Made by a program: the position numbers and the translations under genes. A model generated the notes under the pieces. That model was given only the letters and a program-made list of their open reading frames with translations, was not told where the DNA came from and made no database searches. Shown piece after piece: positions 17,862-27,961 of a stretch of 64,000 bases of DNA. Origin of the DNA: Candidatus Eiseniibacteriota bacterium (GTDB lineage Bacteria; Eisenbacteria; RBG-16-71-46); NCBI GenBank assembly GCA_038231135.1, contig JBBRLX010000017.1, positions 1 through 64,000 on the forward strand. The letters run 5' to 3'. How positions within the stretch are numbered: the first letter of the stretch is position 1; each line of letters begins with the position of its first letter.

Positions 17862-17994
17862 GGGCTCTCCGGAATGGGTCGGGGCGCTGGCGCGAGGAGG
17901 TGCGCGGGCCCAGCATACATTGTAGTCGAACGCGGCGCCGCGCGGTCGAATATCGCCGGGACGCGGCGGGCCCCAGCGAGCCGCCCCGTGCCGG

Positions 17995-19359
17995 CTAGCG
18001 CCGCGCGGGCCGCCTCGGCGAGGCGCCGAAATCGAATGGGCCCGTGAGCGGCGCCGCGTGCGCGTCCCGGGTGCTGAGGGGAAGCAGGCCCCAGCGCTTC
18101 TCGATGAGCGCCAGGATCGACGTGGTGTCGTAGGTGGTGTGGTCGATGTAATGGCGCCGGGCGAACGGCGCGATCACGATCGTCGGCACCCGCGAGCCCG
18201 GACCCCAGCGATCCACGATGGGCGGGGCGATGTGGTCCCAGAACCCGCCGTTCTCGTCGTACGTCACCACGATCGCCGTGCTGCGCCACTCGGGCCCGGC
18301 CTGAATCGTACGGATGAGCTGAGCGACGTGCCGCTCGCCGGTGAGCACATCGGCGTAGCCGGGATGCTCGTTGTTCTCGCCCAGCGGCTTCACGAACGCC
18401 ACGGCCGGGAGCCGTCCGTCGTGCGCGGCCCGCACGAACTCCGTCTCGTCCTTCAGATGTTCGCGGCGTGCCGCGGTGCCGTCGCCGTAGCGGCGGAAGT
18501 ATGCGAACGGGTTGTGGTGGAACTGGAACGTTTTGGCGGGATGCCCTGCCAGCGCGTCGTCCCAGCCCCCGGAGTACCAGGCCCACGACACACCCTTCCC
18601 GCTCAGGCGGTCGCCAATGTTCGGCAGATCGATCGGCGGGATGCGAATGGAATCGGGTGTGGACGCCGGATGCGGCGTGTAGATGCTATACGAGGTGTTC
18701 ACCACATAGTCGTCCGGGGTCACGAAGCCGGCGTGCACGACGTGTCCGTGCGCGTCATAGCGGATCCGGACCGACTCGGGCGCATGGGGGAATTGCGGGG
18801 ACGCGGCCGCGACCAGCCACATGTGACTCAGCAGCGAGCCTCCGATGGCGGCGTGGAAGAACCGGTCGCACAGGGTGTACTCCGAGGCGAACGCGGCGAG
18901 CGGCAGCTTCATGGTGTGGTAGTAGCCGAGCGCCAGCGCCTTCTGCTGGTTGATGCACACGAAGCGGTCCATCCGTCCGCCGTCGAGCTCCTCGCGCTCG
19001 TCGTCGTACGCGTGCGACAAGTCCTCGGTCTTCTCGTCCGCGGGCACGTAGGGTTCGATCGCGAACGGCCGGTTCGGCAGGCCCGGTGGCACCCGGCTCT
19101 TGGACGTGACCGGCAGCGTCGCATACGGCGTCCCCGAGGAATCGACCTGGAGCAGGATCCTCGCCGTGGCGAATCCATCGGCGCCCGGGAACTCGCCATA
19201 TAGATTGTCGAAGCTGTGGTTCTCGAGATCGATGACGACGAGGTGCTGGAACCGCAGGAGTCCGTGCCCGACCGGCTTCGTCGCGTGGGTGGCGGCCACG
19301 GCGACCGGCGCGGTCACGAGGACGAGCCATGTGGTGATCAGGGCGGCGACTCGGCGCAT
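17995..19359 (-). CDS. Phosphoesterase family protein (acid phosphatase AcpA/phospholipase C-like)
   Basis: ENHSFDNLYG, LCDRFF, NEHPG, VTYDENGGFWDH, GPGSRVP. Confidence 0.88.
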   Translation of the reverse strand: MRRVAALITTWLVLVTAPVAVAATHATKPVGHGLLRFQHLVVIDLENHSFDNLYGEFPGADGFATARILLQVDSSGTPYATLPVTSKSRVPPGLPNRPFAIEPYVPADEKTEDLSHAYDDEREELDGGRMDRFVCINQQKALALGYYHTMKLPLAAFASEYTLCDRFFHAAIGGSLLSHMWLVAAASPQFPHAPESVRIRYDAHGHVVHAGFVTPDDYVVNTSYSIYTPHPASTPDSIRIPPIDLPNIGDRLSGKGVSWAWYSGGWDDALAGHPAKTFQFHHNPFAYFRRYGDGTAARREHLKDETEFVRAAHDGRLPAVAFVKPLGENNEHPGYADVLTGERHVAQLIRTIQAGPEWRSTAIVVTYDENGGFWDHIAPPIVDRWGPGSRVPTIVIAPFARRHYIDHTTYDTTSILALIEKRWGLLPLSTRDAHAAPLTGPFDFGASPRRPARR

Positions 19360-19467
19360 GGGGAGTGTGCGGGCCTCGGGACGGGATTGGAATGCGCGGC
19401 GGCCCCAGTCTGCCACCCGGGGCGCTCCGGGTCCACGCGTTCCCGCATCACTCGCGGAGCCGCATGC

Positions 19468-20637
19468 TCAGGTCGTGATGTTCGTGAGGCCGCCCGCAGG
19501 CGTGACGCGGACGATCAGCGGCAGCGCGCCGCGCATCCACCCGATCCACGCCAGCGTCCACACCACGCCGCTCACGCCGAGCAACTCCATGCGGGGCGCG
19601 GGCGGGTACTCCGCCCACGCCCGCGCGAGCGCCGCGAGCAGCACCGCCGCGACCTGCCAGGCCGGCAGCAACCGGCGCTCGAGTATGATCGGATGACGCC
19701 CGTGCGACACCACGACGCGCGTCGCGATGCCCATGGTCAGGAGACCGAAGCCGCCGATGAACATGACGTGATGACCCGCGATCGCGTGACGCGGCGCGAG
19801 TGCCGCGAGCCACAGGCCGGCGAGCACGCAGCCGCCGGCGATGCGCAGCGCCACCGAGAACGTGTCGTTGCGGGCCGACGGCGCGGGCAGCTTCCAGACC
19901 CACAGCAGCACGATCGTCGCCACGCCGGCGCGCATCGCCGCGCCCGCGGCCGCATGGCCTGAGGCCTCGAGCCCGAACGCCGCGACCAGCAGCAGCGCCA
20001 TGACGAGATACAGCGTGCGCCGGCCGCCGCGCTCGTGAGCCCGGGCGAGCCCGGGAATCGCGAGCGGGTCCGCGATCCCCGCGAACGCCGGCACCAGCAG
20101 CGCGCCCAGGCCGAGCACGAGCGACAGCATCATGCCGAGCGACACCAGCCGCTGCGCAAAGTATGGCGTGGGCTCCAATACGGTCCCCGCGAGCAGCAGC
20201 GCGTTCCAGATCGTGCCCGCGATGCCGAGCGCGAGGCCGAGCCCGACGAACATGAATTCCTCGGGCGGCAGCACACGCTTCGCGATCACGCGCCGCACCA
20301 GCGCGAGCCCGGCCCACGCCATGGCGGCGGCTCCGCACGCCGCCGCGGCGACGAACGCGCCCGCGGCGGCGCTCACGCCGAGCGCGAGCATCAGCACCGC
20401 GGCCGTGACCAACTCGAACGGCCGGGCCTTGGGGCCATGCGTGAAGCCCGGCATCGCGGTGAACAGGAAGCCGAGCACGAACGACAACTCGAAGCCCTGC
20501 ATCATTAGCGCGCGGTGGGTCGGTCCGGGGTAGGGCAGCCATCCCGCCAGGGTGAGCGGCCATACCAGCGCGCCCCACAGCGCGAACGCCACGCCGAACG
20601 GGAACAGGATGCGATAGGGATCGGGCCAGCCGGTCAT
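19468..20637 (-). CDS. NnrS family membrane protein
   Basis: PYRILFP, H..MM.GF...GFLFTAMP, H..FIGG...RV...HG; many transmembrane segments. Confidence 0.75.
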   Translation of the reverse strand: MTGWPDPYRILFPFGVAFALWGALVWPLTLAGWLPYPGPTHRALMMQGFELSFVLGFLFTAMPGFTHGPKARPFELVTAAVLMLALGVSAAAGAFVAAAACGAAAMAWAGLALVRRVIAKRVLPPEEFMFVGLGLALGIAGTIWNALLLAGTVLEPTPYFAQRLVSLGMMLSLVLGLGALLVPAFAGIADPLAIPGLARAHERGGRRTLYLVMALLLVAAFGLEASGHAAAGAAMRAGVATIVLLWVWKLPAPSARNDTFSVALRIAGGCVLAGLWLAALAPRHAIAGHHVMFIGGFGLLTMGIATRVVVSHGRHPIILERRLLPAWQVAAVLLAALARAWAEYPPAPRMELLGVSGVVWTLAWIGWMRGALPLIVRVTPAGGLTNITT

Positions 20638-20743
20638 GCGCAACCTCGGTTCGCTTAGTCCAACCTGCGCGGCGGCCTCGGTTTGAGGCCGCTGATCGTG
20701 CTCAGACTAGGAGAGCAGGTTCCATCCGTCGAACCCGCCGCAC

Positions 20744-21100
20744 GTGACCCGCATCGTCCCACGCTCTGCGACCGATGCCGCCGGCGCGAACGTGCTGGGC
20801 ACCCTGGGCGCCGACGACGACAGCTATCCCGACTTCCCGACCCGCCGCGACTTCGCGCACATCGAGTATCCCGCGCCGCCGCTGCGGTCGGGGGCAGCGC
20901 GCACGATTTTCGCCGAGACCCGCGGCTGGTACGAAGTCCACATGCACCGCACCGGGCCCCCCGACCTCGCCGCCATCGCGCGGCTCACGAACGAGCCCGG
21001 GTTCGTCGTCCGTCGCGGGCTGCACGACTACGCCCGGTTCCGCCGCACCGGGCAACTCGCGGGAGTGGAGGCCGACACCAGCGGGGCCGGCATGCGCTGA
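20744..21100 (+). pseudogene. Probable C-terminal fragment of an unknown gene
   Basis: Host-like codon usage (GWYEVHM...EPGFVVRR) but no clear RBS or N-terminus. Confidence 0.35.
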
Positions 21101-21230
21101 GCGCGAGCGGCCGGGATCGCCGCGTCGCATGGACGAGGCTTGCCGCGCGGCAGGCGTCCCGGGTACGGTAGCGCCATGTGATTCGCCGGGCAGGGGTCAA
21201 CCCCCGGCGAACCCGAAAATGCAGTGTTGC

Positions 21231-21321
21231 GGAGAGGTGTCCGAGTGGTTGAAGGAGCACGATTGGAAATCGTGTAGGCGCTCATACCGTCTCGTGGGTT
21301 CGAATCCCACTCTCTCCGCCA
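21231..21321 (+). tRNA. tRNA-Ser(GGA)
   Basis: Cloverleaf with TTGGAAA anticodon loop, long variable arm, GCCA end. Confidence 0.97.
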
Positions 21322-21373
21322 TCTCCTTGAGTGACCTGGCCTCCGCGACCGGCGCCGGTGCGCGATCCCGGCG

Positions 21374-22093
21374 TCAGGCGGCCCGCGGCTCCCCGCGGTC
21401 GGCCTGGAGCGCAAGGTGCGCCAGCATTCCCGAGTTCACGTCGATGAACGCGTGCGCGGCCATCGGCAGCCACAGGGAATGGGTGAGGGCATAGAGGCCC
21501 GCCATCGCGAGGCCGGCAACCCCGGCCTTCACGGCGCTCACGCGATCGAGATAGCCGTGGGCGATGCCGAACACCGCCGACGACGCGAACACCGCGCCCG
21601 GGAACCCGATGAACGCGGCCAGCCACGTCATGAGGAAGCCGCGGTAGAGAATCTCCTCGCACACGCCGGCGGTGACCGACAGCGCGACGAAGCCGCGCAA
21701 TTCCTCGGACGTGTGCGGCAGCAGCGGAATCGCCGGCGCGAGCGTCGCCCGCACGCGGCCGAGCGCGGCGCGGTTCGCGGCGAGCGCCCGGTGCTGCACG
21801 ACGAGGAACCCCGTGAGCGCCGCCACGAGCGCCGCTCCGATCCAGAATCCGGCACCCGCCGGCGCCGACAGGCCGATCCCGGCCGCTGGCCGTCCCGGGC
21901 GGAGCCACGTGACCACGGCGAGCGTCGCGAGCGTCCATTGGATCGCGATCGCCTGCGCGTAGGCGCGCATGCGGACTCCCGGCGCTCCCGATGCCAGCCG
22001 CCGCTTGAAACGCGGATACCCGACGAACGCCTCGTACGACGGCCACATTACGGCGAACAGCGCGACGAGCACGTGATCCATCGGCAACGGCAT
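21374..22093 (-). CDS. CPBP (CAAX/Abi) family intramembrane metalloprotease
   Basis: EEILYRG, FGIAH, HAFID motifs; GGAGG RBS. Confidence 0.88.
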   Translation of the reverse strand: MPLPMDHVLVALFAVMWPSYEAFVGYPRFKRRLASGAPGVRMRAYAQAIAIQWTLATLAVVTWLRPGRPAAGIGLSAPAGAGFWIGAALVAALTGFLVVQHRALAANRAALGRVRATLAPAIPLLPHTSEELRGFVALSVTAGVCEEILYRGFLMTWLAAFIGFPGAVFASSAVFGIAHGYLDRVSAVKAGVAGLAMAGLYALTHSLWLPMAAHAFIDVNSGMLAHLALQADRGEPRAA

Positions 22094-22136
22094 GACGACA
22101 CCTCCGGAACTGGCAGCTGCAGCAGGCTTCGGTTCG

Positions 22137-22160
22137 ATTGTTCAACTAAACTTGAATAAT
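22137..22160. promoter_or_regulatory. Palindromic operator candidate in a divergent promoter region
   Basis: ATTGTTCAA-ctaaac-TTGAATAAT in an AT-rich gap. Confidence 0.5.
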
Positions 22161-22201
22161 CGAGAATTGTCCAATGGTTTTTTCGCGGCTATGGTGGGGC
22201 G

Positions 22202-22942
22202 ATGACCCCGCCCCGCATGACCCGGCCCCGAGCGACCGCCACCCGCCGCCCGCGACGCGGCGCCTCGCCGGCGGCCCCGCTGCCGCGCGCGGCGCGCCGG
22301 CTCCGCGCGGCCGCTGCCCCGCCCGGCACCTACACGCTCGAGCGCCTCGACCAGGTGCGGGTGCTCGCGCATCCGCTGCGGCTCCGGCTGCTCGAATTTT
22401 TCGCCGCCGAGCCACACACCACGAAGCAGGCGGCGGAGGCGCTGGGGGAGAACCCGACGCGGCTCTACCACCACGTGAACGCGCTCGCGCGCGTGGGGCT
22501 GGTGGCGCTGCGCAGCACGCGCAAGAACCGCGGCACCACCGAGAAGTACTATGGCGCGGTGGCGCGGCGGGTCGCGGTGGGCAGCGGCGTGTTCGGCGCG
22601 GCCGCCGCGGCCGCTCCGGGGCTCGAGCCGCCGATGGTCACGACACTGCTCGACACGCTGCGCAGCGAGCTCGCTGCGGCGGCCCGGTGCGAGCCGGCCG
22701 GGTCCGACTCGAACCGCGCGACGCTGATGCGGGTCGTCCTCGAAGGGGATGCGGCGAAGCTCCGGTCGCTCCGGCGCCGGCTGCTCGAATACGTCGAGGC
22801 GCTGGCGCGGGACTGCCGCGAGGATGCGGCGGGCGCTGGCCGGGCGGGAGGGTCGGCTGCCCCGCGCGAACGCTGGACGATGACGCTGGCCGTCGTTCCG
22901 GCCCCGTCGCCGTCCGGTCCGGCCCGGCCGCGACGCCGATGA
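22202..22942 (+). CDS. ArsR/HTH_20-type transcriptional regulator
   Basis: LAHPLRLRLL...TTKQAAEALG...LYHHVNALARVGLV...EKYY. Confidence 0.8.
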   Translation: MTPPRMTRPRATATRRPRRGASPAAPLPRAARRLRAAAAPPGTYTLERLDQVRVLAHPLRLRLLEFFAAEPHTTKQAAEALGENPTRLYHHVNALARVGLVALRSTRKNRGTTEKYYGAVARRVAVGSGVFGAAAAAAPGLEPPMVTTLLDTLRSELAAAARCEPAGSDSNRATLMRVVLEGDAAKLRSLRRRLLEYVEALARDCREDAAGAGRAGGSAAPRERWTMTLAVVPAPSPSGPARPRRR

Positions 22943-22968
22943 GCGCGAGCGACTGCGCTGGCATGCGC

Positions 22969-22996
22969 TTGACCGCCCGGCCGCCCCTGATAATAT
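22969..22996 (+). promoter_or_regulatory. Candidate sigma70 promoter for tRNA-Ala/ffs
   Basis: TTGACC-N16-TAATAT. Confidence 0.5.
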
Positions 22997-23055
22997 ACGC
23001 GTCCGGTTGGCGTGCCGGTGCCCATGGGTGCCGCGTGCCAGCCCTGAATTTTCGT

Positions 23056-23131
23056 GGGGATGTAGCTCAGCTGGGAGAGCACCTCGTTCGCAACGAGGGG
23101 GTCGGCGGTTCGAGCCCGCTCATCTCCACCA
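23056..23131 (+). tRNA. tRNA-Ala(CGC)
   Basis: 76-nt cloverleaf, G3:U70 pair, TTCGCAA loop, ACCA end. Confidence 0.97.
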
Positions 23132-23137
23132 TAGATT

Positions 23138-23237
23138 GGGCCAGGCGCAGCGCAACCCGAACTTGTGAACCCCGTCAGGACCGGAAGGTAGCAGCGGTAA
23201 GCAATCCCTCGGGTGTGCCGCTGTTCACCCTGGCCCA
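23138..23237 (+). ncRNA. ffs: SRP RNA (4.5S)
   Basis: Conserved TCAGGACCGGAAGGTAGCAGC core within a long hairpin (GGGCCAGG...CCTGGCCC), directly upstream of dnaX. Confidence 0.93.
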
Positions 23238-23246
23238 TTGAGTCCC

Positions 23247-25247
23247 ATGGCCCATCGCGCACTGACGCTCAAATACCGGCCCCAGGTCTTCACGGACATG
23301 GTGGGCCAGGACCATGTGAGCACGGTGCTGATGCGCGCGCTCGAGGGCGGGCGCGTCGCCCATGCCTACCTGTTCACGGGCGCGCGGGGCGTGGGCAAGA
23401 CGACGAGCGCCCGCATCCTCGCCAAGGCGCTCAACTGCCAGCGCCGCGCGGCGGGCGTCCAGAAGAGCGCCGATCCCTGCAACGCGTGCACCGCCTGCCT
23501 CGAGATCACGGCCGGCGTGTCGCTCGACGTGGTCGAGATCGATGGCGCCTCGAATCGCGGCATCGCCGACGTGCAGGCGCTGCGCGAGAAGGTGCGGTTC
23601 ACGCCCACCAGCGGCAGGTACCGCGTGGTGATCATCGACGAGGTGCACCAGCTCTCGAACGACGCGTTCGCCGCGCTGCTCAAGACACTGGAAGAGCCGC
23701 CGCCGCACCTGGTGTTCATCTTCGCCACCACCGATCCGCAGAAGCTGCCGGAGACGATCCGCTCGCGCTGCCAGCGGTTCGACTTCGCGCGCGTGCCATT
23801 GCGCAAGGTGGCGGACCGGCTGTTCGAGATCCAGAAGCGCGAGGCCCAGGACACGGAGGGCGTGAAGTTCTCGCTCACCGAGGGCGCGGCGTTCCTGATC
23901 GCGCACAAGTCCGAAGGCTCGATGCGCGACGCGGTGAGCGCGCTCGACCAGGTGATCTCGGCGGGCGAGCACGACGTCACCGACGAGCTGGTGCGCCGCG
24001 TGCTCGGCATTCCCGACCGCGAGTCGTTCTTCCGGGTGGCGCAGGCGATCGTCGAGCGCGATCCGCAGGCGGTGCTACGGCACCTGCACCAGGCGTTCGA
24101 TCGCGGGCTCGATCCGCGCGAGCTGGCGGAGGGGCTGTCGGAGCACATCCGCCACATTCTCGTGCTCAAGGTGGACCCGCAGGGCGTCGAGCTCGTGGCC
24201 GCCAGCGGCGAGGAGCTCGAGCGGCTGCGCGCGCAGGGCGACGGCTGGAGCGAGCCCGATCTGCTGCGGCTGCTCAAGATCATCTCCGAGGTGCCGTGGG
24301 TGATGCGCGACAGCCCGCAGCCGCTCGTCCATCTCGAGGCGGCGGTGCTGCAGATGGCGACGCTCGAGACCGGCGACACGCTCGCGAACCTGCTTGAGCG
24401 GCTGGAATCGCTGGAGCAGCGGCTGGGCGGCGCCCCGGCGACGCCGCGTCCGGCGGGTGCGGGGCCCGCGTCGCGTCCGGGGCCAGGCTCCGGCTCCAGT
24501 TCGCGCAGCGCGGCGACGGACGCGCCGTCCGGTTCGCGCGCGACGCCCGACGCCGTCGCGGATGCGCCGGGCGCAGCCCAGCGGTTTCCTGGCTACCGCC
24601 CGCAGGGCGGCGGCGCCGCGCCGAGCGCCAGCGTCGGGACGCCCGCGCCGCGTGTGACGCCGGCTGTCGTCGAGGCTCCGGTCGCCACCGCCGTACCGGT
24701 CGCCACCGCCGGACCCGTCGCCACCGCCATTCCCGTCGCCACCGCACCCCTTGCCGCCACGTCCATGGCCGCAGCTCCCGCCACCGCTGTCGCGATCGCC
24801 GAGGCCCCGTTCGACGAGACGAGCGCCAACGAGCCGCTGCCGCGTGACGAAGCCACCGAACTGCTGTGGCGCGAAGTCGTGAACCGCGTGAACGGACGCA
24901 AGCGCATGCTGGGCGCGTTCCTCGAGGAGAGCCGGTTCCGGGGCCGCACGGAGGCGGGTCTCGAGCTCGAGGCCGACGCGCTCCACGCCAACGTGATCGA
25001 CGAGAAGGACAACCGCACAGTGCTGGCCGACGAGATCCGCAGCGTGTTCGGCGGCCCGGTCGCGTTCCGCTGCGTCAAGCCGACCGAGCCGCTGCCGTCG
25101 GCCCGGATCCGCACCAACGCCGACGTGCAGCCGATGATCGCGCAGGCCATCGCATTCTTCGACGGCGAGGCGGTCGACATGACTCCGCGTCCGGGACCCA
25201 CCGTGCCTCCGCGCCGCGGCGAGGGCTACAGGAAGGACAAGGCCTAA
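23247..25247 (+). CDS. dnaX: DNA polymerase III subunit gamma/tau
   Basis: KYRPQ, GARGVGKTT, Zn-binding cysteines, EIDGASN, IIDEVH, SRCQRF. Confidence 0.97.
   Translation: MAHRALTLKYRPQVFTDMVGQDHVSTVLMRALEGGRVAHAYLFTGARGVGKTTSARILAKALNCQRRAAGVQKSADPCNACTACLEITAGVSLDVVEIDGASNRGIADVQALREKVRFTPTSGRYRVVIIDEVHQLSNDAFAALLKTLEEPPPHLVFIFATTDPQKLPETIRSRCQRFDFARVPLRKVADRLFEIQKREAQDTEGVKFSLTEGAAFLIAHKSEGSMRDAVSALDQVISAGEHDVTDELVRRVLGIPDRESFFRVAQAIVERDPQAVLRHLHQAFDRGLDPRELAEGLSEHIRHILVLKVDPQGVELVAASGEELERLRAQGDGWSEPDLLRLLKIISEVPWVMRDSPQPLVHLEAAVLQMATLETGDTLANLLERLESLEQRLGGAPATPRPAGAGPASRPGPGSGSSSRSAATDAPSGSRATPDAVADAPGAAQRFPGYRPQGGGAAPSASVGTPAPRVTPAVVEAPVATAVPVATAGPVATAIPVATAPLAATSMAAAPATAVAIAEAPFDETSANEPLPRDEATELLWREVVNRVNGRKRMLGAFLEESRFRGRTEAGLELEADALHANVIDEKDNRTVLADEIRSVFGGPVAFRCVKPTEPLPSARIRTNADVQPMIAQAIAFFDGEAVDMTPRPGPTVPPRRGEGYRKDKA
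24678..24749 (+). repeat. 4 x 18-bp tandem repeat (PVATAx) in the DnaX linker
   Basis: CC(G/C)GTCGCCACCGC repeated with an 18-nt period. Confidence 0.8.
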
Positions 25248-25251
25248 TTCC

Positions 25252-25560
25252 ATGATGAAGAGTTTCGGGGACATGGTGAAACATGCCCAGAAGGTTCAGA
25301 AGCAGATGTCGGAGCTGCAGGAGCAGCTCAAGGACGAACGGTTCGAGGCCAGTGCCGGCGGCGGCATGATCACGGCGATCGTCGACGGCAAGCAGATGCT
25401 GAAGGAGCTCAAGATCTCCCCCGAGGCGCTCAAGGACGGCGACGTCACGCTGCTCGAGGACCTGATCCTCACGGCGGTGGGCGAGGCGCAGCGGGCGTCC
25501 GAAACGCACATGAACGACGCGCTCGGCAAGCTCACCGGCGGCTTCAAGCTGCCGTTCTAG
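25252..25560 (+). CDS. ybaB: YbaB/EbfC nucleoid-associated protein
   Basis: AQKVQ, ASAGGGM, LEDLIL; lies between dnaX and recR. Confidence 0.93.
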   Translation: MMKSFGDMVKHAQKVQKQMSELQEQLKDERFEASAGGGMITAIVDGKQMLKELKISPEALKDGDVTLLEDLILTAVGEAQRASETHMNDALGKLTGGFKLPF

Positions 25561-25576
25561 GCGTCCGGCCCCCGGC

Positions 25577-26176
25577 ATGTACAGCTCGAAGTACCTCGAG
25601 CTCCTGATCGAGGAGCTCACGAAGCTGCCCACCATCGGCCAGAAGAGCGCACAGCGGCTGGCGCTCCACCTGCTGCGCGCGCCGCGCGAGGACGCGCTGC
25701 GGCTCGCCGAGGCGATCCGCGCGATGCGCGAGCACGTCGGGTTCTGCTCGGTGTGCGGCAACTTCAGCGAGCAGGATCCCTGCCTGATCTGCACCGACAG
25801 CCGGCGCGACGGCAGCCTGGTGTGCGTGGTCGAGCAGCCGGGCGACGTGCTGGCGTTCGAGCGCACCGGGCAGTTTCGCGGACGCTACCACGTGCTCGGG
25901 GGCGCGCTGTCGCCGCTCGAGGGCACGCACCCCGACAACCTGCGCATCCGCGAGCTGCTGCTGCGGCTCCACGGCGGCGAGGTCCGCGAGGTGATCCTCG
26001 CCACGAATCCCAACGTGGCGGGCGAGGCGACCGCGCTGTACCTGTCGCGGCTGCTCCAGCCGCTCGGCATCAAGGTCACGCGCATCGCGCGCGGGGTGCC
26101 GATGGGCTCCGATCTCGAATACTCCGATCTCGTGACGCTGGCCCGGGCGCTCGAAGGCCGCAGCGAGGTGGAGTAG
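25577..26176 (+). CDS. recR: Recombination protein RecR
   Basis: LPTIGQKSAQRLA, C4 zinc finger, CVVE, YHVLGG, TOPRIM. Confidence 0.97.
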   Translation: MYSSKYLELLIEELTKLPTIGQKSAQRLALHLLRAPREDALRLAEAIRAMREHVGFCSVCGNFSEQDPCLICTDSRRDGSLVCVVEQPGDVLAFERTGQFRGRYHVLGGALSPLEGTHPDNLRIRELLLRLHGGEVREVILATNPNVAGEATALYLSRLLQPLGIKVTRIARGVPMGSDLEYSDLVTLARALEGRSEVE

Positions 26177-26201
26177 CCGCGCCGCCGGCGACCCCTCCGC
26201 C

Positions 26202-27293
26202 ATGCCCCATCTATCCGATTTCCTGACGCTGATCGCGGTCCCGTTCCTCGTGCTGCTGAACGGGTTCTTCGTCGCGGCCGAGTTCTCGCTGGTCACGATC
26301 CGCTGGACGCGGGTCGAGGAACTGGTCGAGGAGGGCCGGTTCGGCGCGCTCCCGGTGCGCGCGGCCGTCGAGAAGATCGAGAGCACGATCGCCGCCACCC
26401 AGCTCGGCATCACGTTCACGAGCCTGGCGCTGGGCTGGATCGGCGAGCCGGCGATCGAGCACATCATCGCGCCGCTGTTCGCGTTCCTGCCCACGATCTG
26501 GCACATCGCGGCGTCGCACGCGGTGTCGGTCACACTGGCGTTCCTGTGCATCACGTTCCTGCACGTGGTGCTGGGCGAGCTGGTGCCCAAGGCGCTGGCG
26601 CTCGAGCGCGCCGAGCAGGTCGCGCTGCTCACCTCGGCGCCGCTGGTGCTGTTCGGCCGGGTCTTCCGGCCGTTCATCCGGCTGATGAAGAACAGCGCCG
26701 CGATCGTGATCCGGCTGCTGCGGCTGCCGCCGCTCGACAAGGCGTCCGACGTGCACTCGGTGGACGAGCTGGCGATGCTGGTCGAGGAGACGCAGGAGGC
26801 CGGCGTCATTCCCGAGCAGGAGGCGACGTTCGTCCAGAACGTGTTCGAGCTGTCGGACAAGGTGGTGAAGGACATCATGGTGCCGCGCGAGAAGGTCGTG
26901 ACGGTGCCGATCAACGCGACCGAGGACGAGGTGCTGGCGACCGCGCGTGACACGGCGCACACCCGAATGCCGGTGTGGGAGGGCACGCCCGACCACATCG
27001 TCGGCATCGTGAACACCAAGGACCTGTTCCACCTGTTCAGCCTGCGCGGGCTCGTCGTGCTGATGGACGCGGTATACCCGCCGATCTTCGTCGCGCCCGA
27101 CCGTCCGGTGGCCGAACTGCTGCGCACGTTCAAGCGCGAGAAGCGCCCGATGGCCGTGGTGTGCGACGCCCGCGGCAAGTTCATCGGCATCGTCACGCTG
27201 GAGGACATTCTCGAGGAGATCGTGGGCGAGATCGAGGACGAACACGACATGCCGCGACCCACGACGATGGGCCAGGTGCTGCCTCGTCACTGA
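26202..27293 (+). CDS. HlyC/CorC (CNNM + CBS) family membrane protein
   Basis: NGFFVAAEFS, TQLGIT, GELVPK, CBS pair, TLEDILEEIVGEIEDE. Confidence 0.9.
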   Translation: MPHLSDFLTLIAVPFLVLLNGFFVAAEFSLVTIRWTRVEELVEEGRFGALPVRAAVEKIESTIAATQLGITFTSLALGWIGEPAIEHIIAPLFAFLPTIWHIAASHAVSVTLAFLCITFLHVVLGELVPKALALERAEQVALLTSAPLVLFGRVFRPFIRLMKNSAAIVIRLLRLPPLDKASDVHSVDELAMLVEETQEAGVIPEQEATFVQNVFELSDKVVKDIMVPREKVVTVPINATEDEVLATARDTAHTRMPVWEGTPDHIVGIVNTKDLFHLFSLRGLVVLMDAVYPPIFVAPDRPVAELLRTFKREKRPMAVVCDARGKFIGIVTLEDILEEIVGEIEDEHDMPRPTTMGQVLPRH

Positions 27294-27396
27294 ATGTCAC
27301 TTGTGCAGCGTCCTGCCATCATGGTAGTTATCCGTTTGGAACAAGGACGTGCCACGGAGTTCCAACGACCTCAATCCGCCCTGTGCGGGGGGTTTC

Positions 27397-27897
27397 ATGC
27401 CTCAGTGGACTCTGTTCGAAAATGACTTTCGAACGATCGATCTGGTATTGAGCGAGCTGCTGGAACGGACCAATGCGCTGTCGGTGCATCTGGTCGATCG
27501 TTCGGGCCAGCTCATCACTTCGGCCGGTCGCACCGGTGACTTCGACGCCACCGCGTTCGCGAGCCTGATTGCGGCCGACTTCACCGCCAACGCCGAAATC
27601 TCGCAGCTGCTGGGTGAACAGGGCGTGGAAGCCGTCGTCAGCGAAGGCGTCCAGCGCTCGGTGTACTCCGTCATGCTCGCGGGCCGCGTGATCCTGTGCA
27701 CGGTGTTCGACCGTCGCAGCACGCTCGGCATCGTGAGGTTCCGCGCGCAGCGCGCCGTGAACGGGCTGGAACCGGTGTTCCAGGGCCTGTTCGAGAAGGT
27801 CGGGCTCACCGAACCGTCGCTGACGGTGCCGGAGTTCGCGTCGAACGACTTCGCTTCGGCCGCGGCTCAGGAAGTGGACGCACTGTTCGGGGATTGA
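27397..27897 (+). CDS. mglB: Roadblock/LC7 protein, MglB-like GAP
   Basis: LVDRSGQLI, FASLIAADF, FDRRSTLGIVR; adjacent to MglA. Confidence 0.8.
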   Translation: MPQWTLFENDFRTIDLVLSELLERTNALSVHLVDRSGQLITSAGRTGDFDATAFASLIAADFTANAEISQLLGEQGVEAVVSEGVQRSVYSVMLAGRVILCTVFDRRSTLGIVRFRAQRAVNGLEPVFQGLFEKVGLTEPSLTVPEFASNDFASAAAQEVDALFGD

Positions 27898-27961
27898 CGG
27901 GAGGCCAGGGATCTCGCCGTTCCGCCGTCATCGGGCGGACGGCAGGGCGCGGGGGCAGAGT

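Noticed and set aside
15353..21230. Separate island integrated at tRNA-Ser(GGA)
   Set aside because: No att duplication, integrase or compositional shift; similarity between the two tRNA 5' ends is ordinary paralogy
23247..25247. Programmed frameshift generating the DnaX gamma subunit
   Set aside because: No A-rich slippery heptamer or poly-A run seen
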